Shown: in pieces, positions 1-8,743 of the stretch | How positions within the stretch are numbered: the stretch's first letter is position 1 | Layout of the letters: each line of letters opens with the position of its first letter | DNA from: an uncultured Myxococcales bacterium | GTDB taxonomy: Bacteria > UBA10199 > 2-02-FULL-44-16 > JAAZCA01 | DNA length: 19,977 bases | Direction: 5' to 3' | Assembly: GCA_964480565.1 (NCBI GenBank) | Contig: CAYZSU010000041.1 | Span: forward strand, 1 to 19,977 | Notes under the pieces: model-generated | The model's database searches: none | What the model saw: the letters and a program-made list of their open reading frames with translations, nothing else | What the model was told of the DNA's origin: nothing | Program-made: the position numbers and the translations under genes

Positions 1-2
1 AT

Positions 3-362
3 AGTCGCCTTCAAATGTATCGGCTAACCCAAAAAGGGCATGTAGTTCATAAAACACATCGCATCAATTATGAGGAGATTAGCCATTTCACCCCACCAGT
101 CACCCCACCAGTCACCCCACCAGTCACCCCACCAGTTGGGTTATTGCTGAATGTATTGCAAAAACATGGAGAGTTGAGTGCTGCGCAAATTCGAGATGCA
201 TTGACGCTAAAGGATCGAACCTCTATGCGTCGCACATGTATCGACCCTGCGTTGGATGCGGGATTAATAGAGCGAACAATTCCCAACAAGCCAAATAGTC
301 GGCTACAAAAATATCGACTAACCGATAAAGGCAATGCACTCCTGGGACTGTCTGCGAAATAG
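3..362 (+). CDS. 5'-partial CDS, runs off the window start. It encodes two winged-helix-like modules (…SRLQMYRLTQKG… and …SRLQKYRLTDKGNALL) separated by a (TPPV)4 linker. The C-terminal module resembles the wHTH tails found on Fic-family/COG2865-type regulators.
   Basis: Open frame from the window edge with no in-frame stop before pos 15; stop at 360-362. There is internal similarity between nt 3-38 and nt 297-332. The 12-bp tandem repeat is in frame. The family assignment is from memory of similar C-terminal motifs only. Confidence 0.5.
   Translation, partial: SRLQMYRLTQKGHVVHKTHRINYEEISHFTPPVTPPVTPPVTPPVGLLLNVLQKHGELSAAQIRDALTLKDRTSMRRTCIDPALDAGLIERTIPNKPNSRLQKYRLTDKGNALLGLSAK
89..136 (+). 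repeat. Perfect 12-bp tandem repeat (caccccaccagt) x4, in frame, encoding (TPPV)4. Candidate VNTR / length-variable interdomain linker.
   Basis: Four identical head-to-tail units are read directly in the sequence, preceded by a partial unit 'ttca'. Confidence 0.9.
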
Positions 363-443
363 CAATATTTCAACAGTTTCACTCTTGCAATAATGAATAG
401 AAATTATTTTTGTTCAGATTTTCGAACATATGCATTCCTGATC

Positions 444-471
444 TTGACATTCGTTCATCGATCCATAAAAT
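444..471 (+). promoter_or_regulatory. Candidate sigma70 promoter: TTGACA (444-449), 16 nt spacer, TAAAAT (466-471). The predicted TSS lies only about 3-5 nt before the ABC ATPase ATG at 482, i.e. a near-leaderless transcript.
   Basis: Perfect -35 hexamer and 5/6 -10 hexamer with 16-nt spacing. No SD precedes the ATG at 482. Placing the promoter here argues against the longer ORF start at 410. Confidence 0.4.
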
Positions 472-481
472 CCGAAATCCT

Positions 482-1414
482 ATGATACAAGTAAATGAAT
501 TATCAAAATCCTTTGGCGATGTGCATGCAGTAAAAAAAATCAACTTTACTATTGATGCGGGGCAAGTGGTTGGGTTGTTGGGTCCCAATGGGGCGGGTAA
601 AACCACGACTATGCGTATGCTGACGGGTTATCTCCCTATCGATCATGGATCAGTGCAAATATGTGAGCATGATATTGCAAAAGATCCAATGGCTGCACGT
701 GCGCATATCGGATATTTGCCAGAAAATGCACCCCTGTACCAGGACATGGAAGTCAGCGACTACTTACGCTATATTGCTAATTTACGTGATATTCCCGTGC
801 CCAAACAACGCGCTAATATTGCGCATGTGGTTGACACATGCGGTCTTTCTAAAGTTATTGGTCGGCCGATTCATCAATTATCCAAGGGGTTTCGTCAACG
901 CGTGGGGCTAGCAGCTGCTATGGTCCACCAGCCACGTATTTTAATTTTAGATGAACCAACAACTGGGTTAGACCCGAATCAAATCGGAGATATTCGAGAT
1001 CTTATTCGGCATATTGGAAAGGAGCGCACAGTGATATTATCCACACATATTATGCAGGAAGTGGAAGCTGTGTGTTCGCGTATTATGATTATCAACGATG
1101 GACAATTGGTGAGTCAGGGTAATATGTCGGATATTCTTATATCCAATCAGGCGCATAGTGAATATACAATTTCAATTCGCGCATTGCGGCCAAATATATT
1201 AACTGCATTGGAGCGGCTGGAATCCTGCGTGCTCGGTGAATGGAAAAGCGATGAAACATCGGATGTGCAGCAATTGACAGTGATGGGACAAAATAAGGAT
1301 ATGCAGGCAGAGCAGATTTTTAAATGGGCAGTGCAAGAAGAATTTGTATTATCTGAGCTCACTCAGAGTAGCATGTCATTGGAAGATGTATTTCGTAATG
1401 TCACACAACAATAA
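482..1414 (+). CDS. ABC transporter ATP-binding protein, ABC-2 / GldA-like subfamily, with a C-terminal extension of about 90 aa.
   Basis: Walker A GPNGAGKTT, ABC signature LSKGFRQRVGLAAAM, Walker B ILILDEPTTGLD, H-loop STH. The N-terminus 'MIQVNELSKSFG' is typical. The alternative upstream start at 410 is less likely because the promoter lies inside it. Confidence 0.9.
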   Translation: MIQVNELSKSFGDVHAVKKINFTIDAGQVVGLLGPNGAGKTTTMRMLTGYLPIDHGSVQICEHDIAKDPMAARAHIGYLPENAPLYQDMEVSDYLRYIANLRDIPVPKQRANIAHVVDTCGLSKVIGRPIHQLSKGFRQRVGLAAAMVHQPRILILDEPTTGLDPNQIGDIRDLIRHIGKERTVILSTHIMQEVEAVCSRIMIINDGQLVSQGNMSDILISNQAHSEYTISIRALRPNILTALERLESCVLGEWKSDETSDVQQLTVMGQNKDMQAEQIFKWAVQEEFVLSELTQSSMSLEDVFRNVTQQ

Positions 1415-1440
1415 TTAATCAATTAATCAAAGGAGAGCAT

Positions 1441-2166
1441 ATGCAGACCCTACGGCATATGGCTATAATTGCACGGCGTGAATTTATTGCTTATTTTTTA
1501 AGCCCCATTGCCTATGTGTATATTATTACTTTTTTAGTATTATCCACCTGGCTATTTTTCCGTATGTTTTTTGTGGAAGCGCAAGCGCATATGCGTGGTT
1601 TTTTTGGATTAATGCCATGGGTATTTTTATTTTTTATACCAGCGGTATCCATGGGAAAATGGGCGGAAGAACGAAAACAAGGCACATTAGAAATATTATT
1701 TACAATGCCAGTCAGTGATTATGCCATTATTATTGCAAAATTTGCAGCATCCATTGCACTTGTGGGCGTTGCATTACTCATGACAGTTTCCATTCCACTC
1801 ACTATTTCAACCATGGGAAATTTGGATTGGGGACCAGTCATTGGCGGCTATATTGGATTGCTATTTATGGGCAGTGCGTTTTTATCCGTTGGGTTGATGA
1901 TATCATCCATGACAGAAAATCAAATTATAGCTTTTATTTTATCCATAGTCGCTTGTTTTTTCCTAATGATATTGGGCTCACCCATGCTTTTGGGAAATAG
2001 CTCTCATGTGATCGCTCAATTCCTTCATTATATTGGATTGGGAAGTCATTTTAGCTCTATTGCACGCGGTGTGATTGATACACGGGATTTAATTTATTAT
2101 TTATCCGTGATTGTGGTATTTTTGTTTATCAACCAGAAAATATTAATGACTCGGGCGAGGCGATAA
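1441..2166 (+). CDS. ABC-2 family transporter permease (GldF-like), 241 aa with 6 predicted TM segments.
   Basis: Strong SD (aaggagag) 6 nt upstream. Multiple hydrophobic helices. Sits immediately downstream of the ABC ATPase. Size and hydropathy match ABC-2 permeases. Confidence 0.75.
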   Translation: MQTLRHMAIIARREFIAYFLSPIAYVYIITFLVLSTWLFFRMFFVEAQAHMRGFFGLMPWVFLFFIPAVSMGKWAEERKQGTLEILFTMPVSDYAIIIAKFAASIALVGVALLMTVSIPLTISTMGNLDWGPVIGGYIGLLFMGSAFLSVGLMISSMTENQIIAFILSIVACFFLMILGSPMLLGNSSHVIAQFLHYIGLGSHFSSIARGVIDTRDLIYYLSVIVVFLFINQKILMTRARR

Positions 2167-3734
2167 TGAAAAAAACAAATGCATTGATCACAATAGCAAC
2201 ACTGCTAATTAGCATCATTACAATTAACTATATATCCTCCAAACACTCGCTGCGATTGGATTTAACTCAAGATAATTTGTATACATTATCGTCATCTACA
2301 AAAACAATATTATCGGATATCGATGATGTGGTTACTGTTCGGGCATATTTTACCAAAGATTTACCGTCACAAGCATTGCCACTTCGCACTTATGTGGATG
2401 ATTTACTCGATGAATTTAAGCGGTATGCCGGTGATAAATTACAAGTGGAATTTATCGATCCAAATACATCGCAAGCGGATGAAAAAGCGGCAATGATGTT
2501 AGGGATACCGCCGGTGCAATTAAATGTTGCAGGGGCTGATAAATTAGAAGTGGCTAAAATTTTCTTAGGTATGGCAATTTTATATAATGGCAAACAAGAG
2601 GTCATTCCCGTTGTTAGGCGATCGGAAAATTTGGAATATGAATTAGCGAAATCAATTATAAAAGTATCGCGCGACAGTGCGCCGCAAGTGGGTTTGTGGC
2701 AAGGTGCGGTTGATCCCGCAAGCATTGGTGGTCACGAGTTTAAGGGTATTCATAAAATGATCAACGATCGATATGAGATCAAGATGATTTCTGAAGAGTC
2801 CATGTCAATGATGTCGTCATTGAGTACATTAATACTCATATCGCCGCGTGAGATGAGTGAGGCTATGCAAAAAGCACTGGATCAATATATTGCTAATGGT
2901 GGTCATGTCATGGTCTTTGCGGATCGCTTTGATTTATATCCAAATTTAACAGTGAAGCCTGTGCACTCACCTGTATTTGATTTACTGGTATCCTATGGTA
3001 TTACGGTTGAGCCGGAATTAGTGCTGGATCAAGTAAATGCCAAGGCGGCATTTTCACAAGGGTATCTGACTTATCATACGCCATATGCGTATTGGCCACG
3101 CATTATGCAAAATCAATTTAATGCAAATCAATCTATTGTGGCTGATTTAGAAACCGCAGTATTTCCCTGGACGAGTTCACTTATTATAAAAGATATGCCC
3201 AACGAAGATGCTCTTAAAAACGGAACCATGGCCAATACTATTTTGGCAATGTCATCGATGCACGCCAGCGGGCAAATCGAATCATCCATAAATTTGGATT
3301 TTAAAATTGCAAATAATACGGCAAAATCAGCATCAGGTACTCCTAAGGTATTAATGGGAATGATAAAGGGGCCATTTAAATCCAAATTCAATCAACAAAT
3401 TGCAAGTGATGCACAGCCAAAAAATGGAAAGCTAATAGTTGTGGGGTCATCGCATTGGTTAAGCGATAATTATTTGGCTCAATTTCCAAGCAATGCACTG
3501 CTCTTTGAAAATGCCATGGATATTATGACAATGGGCGAGGCATTAATTGGTATTCGATCTCGCAGTAATACGACAAATCCAATTGTTGGGATGTCTCAGG
3601 CTGCCCAAGAATGGATTCGCTGGAGTAATATTATTATTGGTCCATTCCTACTAGGGCTTATTGCATTGACTGTATTTGGATTGCGCAGGCATCGCCGGAA
3701 ATATTTGCAATTGCAGTATAGAATAGAACAATAA
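2166..3734 (+). CDS. GldG-like ABC transporter auxiliary component (ABC_transp_aux family). It has an N-terminal TM anchor, a large extracytoplasmic domain and a C-terminal TM segment followed by an Arg-rich tail.
   Basis: The ATG overlaps the upstream stop (TAATG), so the genes are translationally coupled. N-terminal TM, then 'LRLDLTQDNLYTLSSSTK', matches the GldG N-terminus pattern. C-terminal TM 'IIIGPFLLGLIALTVFGL' followed by RRHRRK. Operon context ATPase-permease-GldG. Confidence 0.65.
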   Translation: MKKTNALITIATLLISIITINYISSKHSLRLDLTQDNLYTLSSSTKTILSDIDDVVTVRAYFTKDLPSQALPLRTYVDDLLDEFKRYAGDKLQVEFIDPNTSQADEKAAMMLGIPPVQLNVAGADKLEVAKIFLGMAILYNGKQEVIPVVRRSENLEYELAKSIIKVSRDSAPQVGLWQGAVDPASIGGHEFKGIHKMINDRYEIKMISEESMSMMSSLSTLILISPREMSEAMQKALDQYIANGGHVMVFADRFDLYPNLTVKPVHSPVFDLLVSYGITVEPELVLDQVNAKAAFSQGYLTYHTPYAYWPRIMQNQFNANQSIVADLETAVFPWTSSLIIKDMPNEDALKNGTMANTILAMSSMHASGQIESSINLDFKIANNTAKSASGTPKVLMGMIKGPFKSKFNQQIASDAQPKNGKLIVVGSSHWLSDNYLAQFPSNALLFENAMDIMTMGEALIGIRSRSNTTNPIVGMSQAAQEWIRWSNIIIGPFLLGLIALTVFGLRRHRRKYLQLQYRIEQ

Positions 3735-3749
3735 AACAGTGAGGACTTA

Positions 3750-4739
3750 ATGAATAAACGATCCTTAATTTACTTGGGACTTGCAGTAATTGCGGCATTG
3801 ATTGTCATTGCATTGGAGCATCCGGATAATAATCGTGTGGATGATTTTCAATATGATTATTTTATACCAGGCTATGATAGTGCGAATGTGGCGACTATTA
3901 ATGTTAGTCAGTTAATGGACGGCGTGCAATTGGAACGAGTTGATACTACATGGCGTGTCAGAAAAATACTGACCGCTACCAAAAAACAATTGCTTGAAAA
4001 AGAAGGAAAAGAATTACCAGTATATGACTGGCATGTGGCAGATGATGCGCGCGTGCGCCATGCTCTTGGTGCATTTGGTGGCCTTGAGGGAGGGACGATT
4101 GCATCATCTAATCCTAAAAAACGCCATATCTATCAGGTGGGGATATCTGGCGTGCATGTAAAATTGATGGATGCCAAACAAAATGTAATTACAGATACAG
4201 TGATTGGCAAAACAGGTCCTGATTTTATGAGCAGTTTTATTCGTAAACAAGAGAACGACCAGGTTCTATTGGTGCCACGGAATTTAATGGGTTTTTTCTC
4301 TGCCACGCAGTCGGATTGGCGCGATCGTCGTATATTGCCTTTTTTGCAAAATGATATTCATGAAGTGATGATCACTGAGAAAGATAAAACACTTATTGTG
4401 AAAAAAAGTGATGATGGCAAGTGGCAATATATCATGGATCAAATAACCCGTAATATTGCGGCTGACAAAATCAATACCTGGCTATCCACGCTTATGAATT
4501 TGCGAGTAAAGGAATTTGATACGGGTCATAAGCTGAAAAACAATGAGCATCGAGTGGTTGTGGCTTATGGTGATAGTCGCACATTTTTTACAATCGGGAC
4601 AGCTAACCATGCATCGCAAAAAGACTGGGTGTCCATTCACCTTGAGGGTAATCCTGAAATATATTGGGTGGAGAAAAAGAATGTGGATAATCTAAATATT
4701 AAAACAGCGATCAATCAGTTGGATGCTAAGGAAGAATAG
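3750..4739 (+). CDS. DUF4340-like protein (N-terminal TM anchor plus a periplasmic domain), of the kind that commonly follows GldG-like genes.
   Basis: SD gtgagga 6 nt upstream. N-terminal TM 'LIYLGLAVIAALIVIAL'. Length of about 330 aa and position after the GldG homolog. The family call rests on context and architecture, not on a motif. Confidence 0.45.
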   Translation: MNKRSLIYLGLAVIAALIVIALEHPDNNRVDDFQYDYFIPGYDSANVATINVSQLMDGVQLERVDTTWRVRKILTATKKQLLEKEGKELPVYDWHVADDARVRHALGAFGGLEGGTIASSNPKKRHIYQVGISGVHVKLMDAKQNVITDTVIGKTGPDFMSSFIRKQENDQVLLVPRNLMGFFSATQSDWRDRRILPFLQNDIHEVMITEKDKTLIVKKSDDGKWQYIMDQITRNIAADKINTWLSTLMNLRVKEFDTGHKLKNNEHRVVVAYGDSRTFFTIGTANHASQKDWVSIHLEGNPEIYWVEKKNVDNLNIKTAINQLDAKEE

Positions 4740-4778
4740 AGAATTTATTTTTGAGTACTACGCATTTGCGCATAGCAT

Positions 4779-6353
4779 CTACTGAGATTGAAGGTGTTGG
4801 AATAGTTTTCTCGCTGTATCGATGTCGACATCAGTTGCATCACTGGAATTGCTCACAGCAGCATTGATCAAATTCCCAAGATTTCTAAAAATAGGTTGCA
4901 ATATAGTGATTTCCGAGGGTGATAAATTATAGGCGTCCTGCCCATGAGCGGCTGTAAATAGCCTCATGAATCGATAAAAACCGAGTTGGCGTGCAAGCCC
5001 GATAGCCAGAGTGGTGGCAATATTATAAGTGATGGATGAAGGCATTTGTCGCACGTCACTCAAAGTGTCATCAAAATTCAGATTATCCCGAGTTGTCATC
5101 AAGACTTGCGGAGTTGCTGCATTGGCTTGAGTCATCGTATTATTTAGGATCTCATCTGCATGTCTGGCAAGCAGTTCTGTGATACCCTCATGAAATAATT
5201 TATTCAGATTAGCATTTTGAATTCTGAGCTCACTCAATAAATGAGAAAGTCTATTTATGTTAACAAGCGAATGAATTGCCTCATGCCGCAAGGTGGGTAT
5301 CATATAATTTAGATCATCATCACTTGGCCTACGAATGACAAAGATAGGAAATTTACAGTACCAACCCAATGTATCTTTATCTGGCGTTGTCCCCAGTGCG
5401 GTTTCGTACGTAACCGGAAGTATTGCATTCGGTTCAAGCACATACCCTCTTAAAATAGAAGGAATGTTCGGGTAGAGTGATCGTAATCGCTGGAGCTCAT
5501 ATTGGTGAGTAGGATCGAGCGGCGTCAATCCCTCTAAGTGCATACCATTCAATTGATTGATGAATTTTTCAAATGTTGGCGCTTCATCCTGAAATGTCTT
5601 CCAGCTCTGTGCGTGTTTCGCCACCTTTGTATTAATCGGCCCCAAACATCCATCGATAAATATATCGATGAGCCATGGGTGCTGGCATACGGCATGCATC
5701 TGATCGATAAAGTTACTGTCTGCCAACTTACATATTTTTTGACTCAATACATGCAAGCAGAGTACTATTTTATTCGTGGAAAAATCGATATCATAAGCTT
5801 TTCCAAGAGTCTTTGCTGACTCTATAATATCGATAAGATATTTATTTTGGGGTGAACCGCTGTTGGCGCCTAACAGTTTTTTAAGAGTATGCTGTGTGAG
5901 CAATGTGAGGTATGGATTATGCTGATCATCGCGGAATTGACGAAGAACTTGATTGATCAATATTCCCTCAACAGTAGCTTGGAAATATCCGATATAATTG
6001 ACGGCATCATCGCTTGTGAAAATGCGATCATACTTCCCCTCAAAAAATCTCTTGGGTGTTTGGGCTGTAGTGGCATTAACCAGTTTAGTAAGGCCATTTT
6101 GAAGAGGTGACAATTCCCATCGTATTTCATTAATATGGCGCACATAGAGTCCTTCAGCATGTTGCAACTCATAGGTTGTTCTGGAAATATGAGGGAGGCG
6201 AAATTTTGGTAAGCCTGGCGCCGATGGAATAGTATTACCAAACATGTCAGTATGGCCAGTAGGGGCTGTTGCAATGGGGGGAGTAGATGCAAGGTTGCCA
6301 CCCATTGAGTGTGGACTGGAACGTATGCCTGGTGGTGGTTTGATAAAATTCAT
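4779..6353 (-). CDS. Hypothetical 524-aa protein, His-rich (about 4%), with a Pro-rich N-terminus, an HExxH motif (HEAIH, residues 357-361, nt 5271-5285) and a Ser/Asp-rich C-terminus. Possible zinc metallopeptidase-like or secreted effector-like protein.
   Basis: Long uninterrupted ORF convergent with the transporter operon. No family recognised by eye. HExxH with downstream Glu residues (SELR, HEGITE) as candidate third ligands. Confidence 0.6.
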   Translation of the reverse strand: MNFIKPPPGIRSSPHSMGGNLASTPPIATAPTGHTDMFGNTIPSAPGLPKFRLPHISRTTYELQHAEGLYVRHINEIRWELSPLQNGLTKLVNATTAQTPKRFFEGKYDRIFTSDDAVNYIGYFQATVEGILINQVLRQFRDDQHNPYLTLLTQHTLKKLLGANSGSPQNKYLIDIIESAKTLGKAYDIDFSTNKIVLCLHVLSQKICKLADSNFIDQMHAVCQHPWLIDIFIDGCLGPINTKVAKHAQSWKTFQDEAPTFEKFINQLNGMHLEGLTPLDPTHQYELQRLRSLYPNIPSILRGYVLEPNAILPVTYETALGTTPDKDTLGWYCKFPIFVIRRPSDDDLNYMIPTLRHEAIHSLVNINRLSHLLSELRIQNANLNKLFHEGITELLARHADEILNNTMTQANAATPQVLMTTRDNLNFDDTLSDVRQMPSSITYNIATTLAIGLARQLGFYRFMRLFTAAHGQDAYNLSPSEITILQPIFRNLGNLINAAVSNSSDATDVDIDTARKLFQHLQSQ

Positions 6354-6521
6354 AAAACAGTGCCGTTACTATGTTTATGGTAAATATTCTAGAATGGGTG
6401 TTTTATATTCAATCCCATAATGAATATCATTGCATGCCTTTTGGATCTTGGCTGCATTTATAGTATCGGCAATTATCCAAGATAGTTGCTAAAAACTGAT
6501 AAAAAAAGAGAAAAATATGAG

Positions 6522-7166
6522 TTAGTAACTATCACTATTTTTGAACATCCCCCCATATCGCGCATAAATACGCGTAGCCATTATAAATGCTAATATAGCC
6601 GTACATGTACCAGCCACTGCATCCGCGATATAATGCTGCTTTACGAGTAAAACGGATAAGGCGACGATTATTGCCATAGATAGAAAGACCCAACGCAAAC
6701 GGGGATGATAATGCCATAATGTCAATGTGATCAGCACTGGATAATTGACATGCAATGATGGAAAGCAATTATAGGGCAAGTCAATAATATAGTAGAACTG
6801 TGTGATCAGTGCAAAAATGCCGCTGTCAGATAAATGTGCTAAGTCCGGGCGCATGGTCATTTGCACGGGAAGAATTAAGAAAAATAAATAGCAAAGCGTG
6901 CTTGAAATAAAAAAGCCGATAATCATTTTATACCATGCCCCTGGATGTTTAATAATAATCAGTGCCAGCAATATACTGCCAAATACCAAAATATAACCAA
7001 GTATGAATATAGGAATAAATGGAATCGCATGATCCAATGCCAATGCGACATCCGTGTAAGTGCCTTGATATTGGCTAGCCACCCAATTTAATGTAAAATA
7101 GCCGGCGCTAAAATAGCCGATCATTAAGAGTGCCCAGTTCTTTTTATCCAATGACTGTGTGTTCAT
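6522..7166 (-). CDS. PAP2-superfamily integral membrane protein (PAP2_3 / sphingomyelin-synthase/Aur1-like branch), about 214 aa.
   Basis: Polytopic hydropathy. 'FPSLH' (PSGH-like) and 'KQHYIADAVAG' (HxxxD / HYxxDV-like) motifs are near the C-terminus. ATG at 7166 is preferred (AGGGA 7 nt upstream); the track start at 7223 is TTG. Confidence 0.45.
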   Translation of the reverse strand: MNTQSLDKKNWALLMIGYFSAGYFTLNWVASQYQGTYTDVALALDHAIPFIPIFILGYILVFGSILLALIIIKHPGAWYKMIIGFFISSTLCYLFFLILPVQMTMRPDLAHLSDSGIFALITQFYYIIDLPYNCFPSLHVNYPVLITLTLWHYHPRLRWVFLSMAIIVALSVLLVKQHYIADAVAGTCTAILAFIMATRIYARYGGMFKNSDSY

Positions 7167-7245
7167 ACTCGCGTCCCTGTTTATCGTTTGACAAAATAGG
7201 GTGTGCCCGATTAAAACTATCAAATCAATGATAATTTAACCAAAT

Positions 7246-7488
7246 ATGGAGAAAGATATGCTAAATAAAGATGCTATTGAAAAAGTACTGACAGATCGCG
7301 TTCGTCCTCGCTTGGAAGCGGATGGCGGTGGCGTGGATTTGCTCAATGTGACAGAGGACAATACTGTGGTAGTCAAGCTTACGGGTGCGTGTGGATCCTG
7401 TCCGTTCTCATTAATGACTTTAAAGTCAGGCGTAGAAGCGGAGTTAAAAAAGGAATTTCCTGAAATTAAAGATGTTGTCACAGGTTAG
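7246..7488 (+). CDS. NifU/Nfu C-terminal-domain-like small Fe-S scaffold protein (76-80 aa).
   Basis: 'GGGVDLLNV…VKLTGACGSCP' carries the GxCxxC motif characteristic of the NifU C-terminal domain. An alternative ATG at 7258 has a better SD (GGAG 6 nt upstream). Confidence 0.65.
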   Translation: MEKDMLNKDAIEKVLTDRVRPRLEADGGGVDLLNVTEDNTVVVKLTGACGSCPFSLMTLKSGVEAELKKEFPEIKDVVTG

Positions 7489-7555
7489 TAAATGGATGTA
7501 TGACTGATATGACTTGGGGCACAAATCAGTGCCCCATTTATATTGTGCGATACTC

Positions 7556-8284
7556 ATGAATAATAAAAAAATTCTTATAACAGGTGCAAGTGGTAAACTA
7601 GGATGTGCACTTATTCAGCATTTTGCTCATATAAATTGCCAATTAATGCTTTGCAGCAATTCCAATGAATGCAGTATTCACGCTGAATTAGATACATTCA
7701 ACAACCCTTGCGCAACTATTTACAGTATGGCTGCTGATTTGTCGGATGTAGATAGCTATACCACCTTAGTGGCACATGCCAAGGCATCCATGGGCGGAAT
7801 AACGGATTTTATTCACTGTGCAAGCATATTTGAGAAACAGGATCTTTTGGATATTGATCCTTCAAGTTGGCATAAACAGATGGATGTTAACTTAACGGCG
7901 CCATTTTTTTTATGTCGGGATATTGGTCAGCATATGACGGATGCGCAAGGCGGGCATATTATTTTGCTCAGTGATATTGCCGCAACCTGTCCATATGAAA
8001 TGTATATGCCATACTCCATTGCCAAATCCGGCATGAATGCGATGGTTAAAGGGCTTGCAAAGATTTTTGCGCCAAATGTAACGGTCAATGGCATTGCGCC
8101 ATATATTGTGGCTCAGCAAGGGCATGCATTGAGCTCGGCTGATGCGCAGTTGCTGAATAATACATATCTGAAATATCCAACACAAATGGATGAAATTTGT
8201 TCATGCGTGGATTTGCTGATGATGCCAAAATCCAGTATGACCGGGCAAGTGATTACATTAGATGCTGGGCGATCGCTTAAATAA
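7556..8284 (+). CDS. Short-chain dehydrogenase/reductase (SDR). Adjacency to the PTPS/QueD gene suggests a possible pteridine/sepiapterin-type reductase.
   Basis: N-terminal Rossmann 'ILITGASGKLG', catalytic 'YSIAKSGMNAMVK' (YxxxK). ATG 7556 is preferred over the upstream TTG at 7514. The substrate is inferred from gene neighbourhood only. Confidence 0.8.
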   Translation: MNNKKILITGASGKLGCALIQHFAHINCQLMLCSNSNECSIHAELDTFNNPCATIYSMAADLSDVDSYTTLVAHAKASMGGITDFIHCASIFEKQDLLDIDPSSWHKQMDVNLTAPFFLCRDIGQHMTDAQGGHIILLSDIAATCPYEMYMPYSIAKSGMNAMVKGLAKIFAPNVTVNGIAPYIVAQQGHALSSADAQLLNNTYLKYPTQMDEICSCVDLLMMPKSSMTGQVITLDAGRSLK

Positions 8285-8335
8285 TGGGGTTGCTCTTGAA
8301 AGAGGTTGTTCAAAAATGATCTCATAGGAGAACAA

Positions 8336-8743
8336 ATGCACAGTGTTACGAAAGTATTTCATTTTTGCTATGGCCATCGGTTATTAAATGATCCATGTAA
8401 GTGCAAATATATTCACGGGCATAATGCCAACGTGGAGCTAGCATTTTCATCACAGGAACTGGATGCCCAGGGCATGGTGCTTCATTTTAATCGTATCAAG
8501 GATACGATTGGAAAATGGATAGATGATGAATTGGATCATACATTATTATTGTGTATGGATGATCCATTGGTGAAAATTTTAAATTCTCATCAGGAACGGT
8601 TTAAATCCATGGATGCTAATCCAACCGCAGAAAATATCGCGATTATGATACTTAAGAAATGTCAGGATATGAATTTGCCTATTGCTCACGTTCGATTGTG
8701 GGAAACAGACAGTTCATCCGCAATTATTACTGTTTCTAAATAG
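8336..8743 (+). CDS. queD: 6-carboxy-5,6,7,8-tetrahydropterin synthase / 6-pyruvoyl-tetrahydropterin synthase family (QueD/PTPS).
   Basis: 'FHFCYGHRL…CKCKYIHGHNANVEL' matches the QueD/PTPS Cys…HGH zinc/active-site signature. AGGAG 5 nt upstream of ATG 8336; the ORF's upstream extension is not needed. 135 aa. Confidence 0.85.
   Translation: MHSVTKVFHFCYGHRLLNDPCKCKYIHGHNANVELAFSSQELDAQGMVLHFNRIKDTIGKWIDDELDHTLLLCMDDPLVKILNSHQERFKSMDANPTAENIAIMILKKCQDMNLPIAHVRLWETDSSSAIITVSK

Noticed and set aside
89-136. Possible CRISPR-like or non-coding repeat array
   Set aside because: Units are 12 bp, perfectly tandem with no spacers, and in frame within an ORF. This is a coding VNTR, not CRISPR.
410-481. 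Upstream extension of the ABC ATPase ORF (start at 410)
   Set aside because: The extension contains a near-consensus -35/-10 promoter, and its translation (MFRFSNICIPDLD…) is not ABC-like. The conserved N-terminus begins at the ATG at 482.
379-606. 75-aa minus-strand ORF overlapping the ABC ATPase start and promoter
   Set aside because: No SD or promoter context and low-complexity translation. Lies antisense to a well-supported gene and promoter.
4740-4778. Possible bidirectional terminator between the convergent DUF4340 and 524-aa genes
   Set aside because: Only short, imperfect complementarity (tgcgca palindrome) and no flanking T/A tracts. Not convincing as a terminator.
5538-6301. Three ORFs of 73-114 aa (5538-5819, 5889-6110 and 5957-6301) inside or opposite the 524-aa gene
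   Set aside because: These are shadow ORFs of a long, continuous minus-strand CDS. They have no independent start signals.
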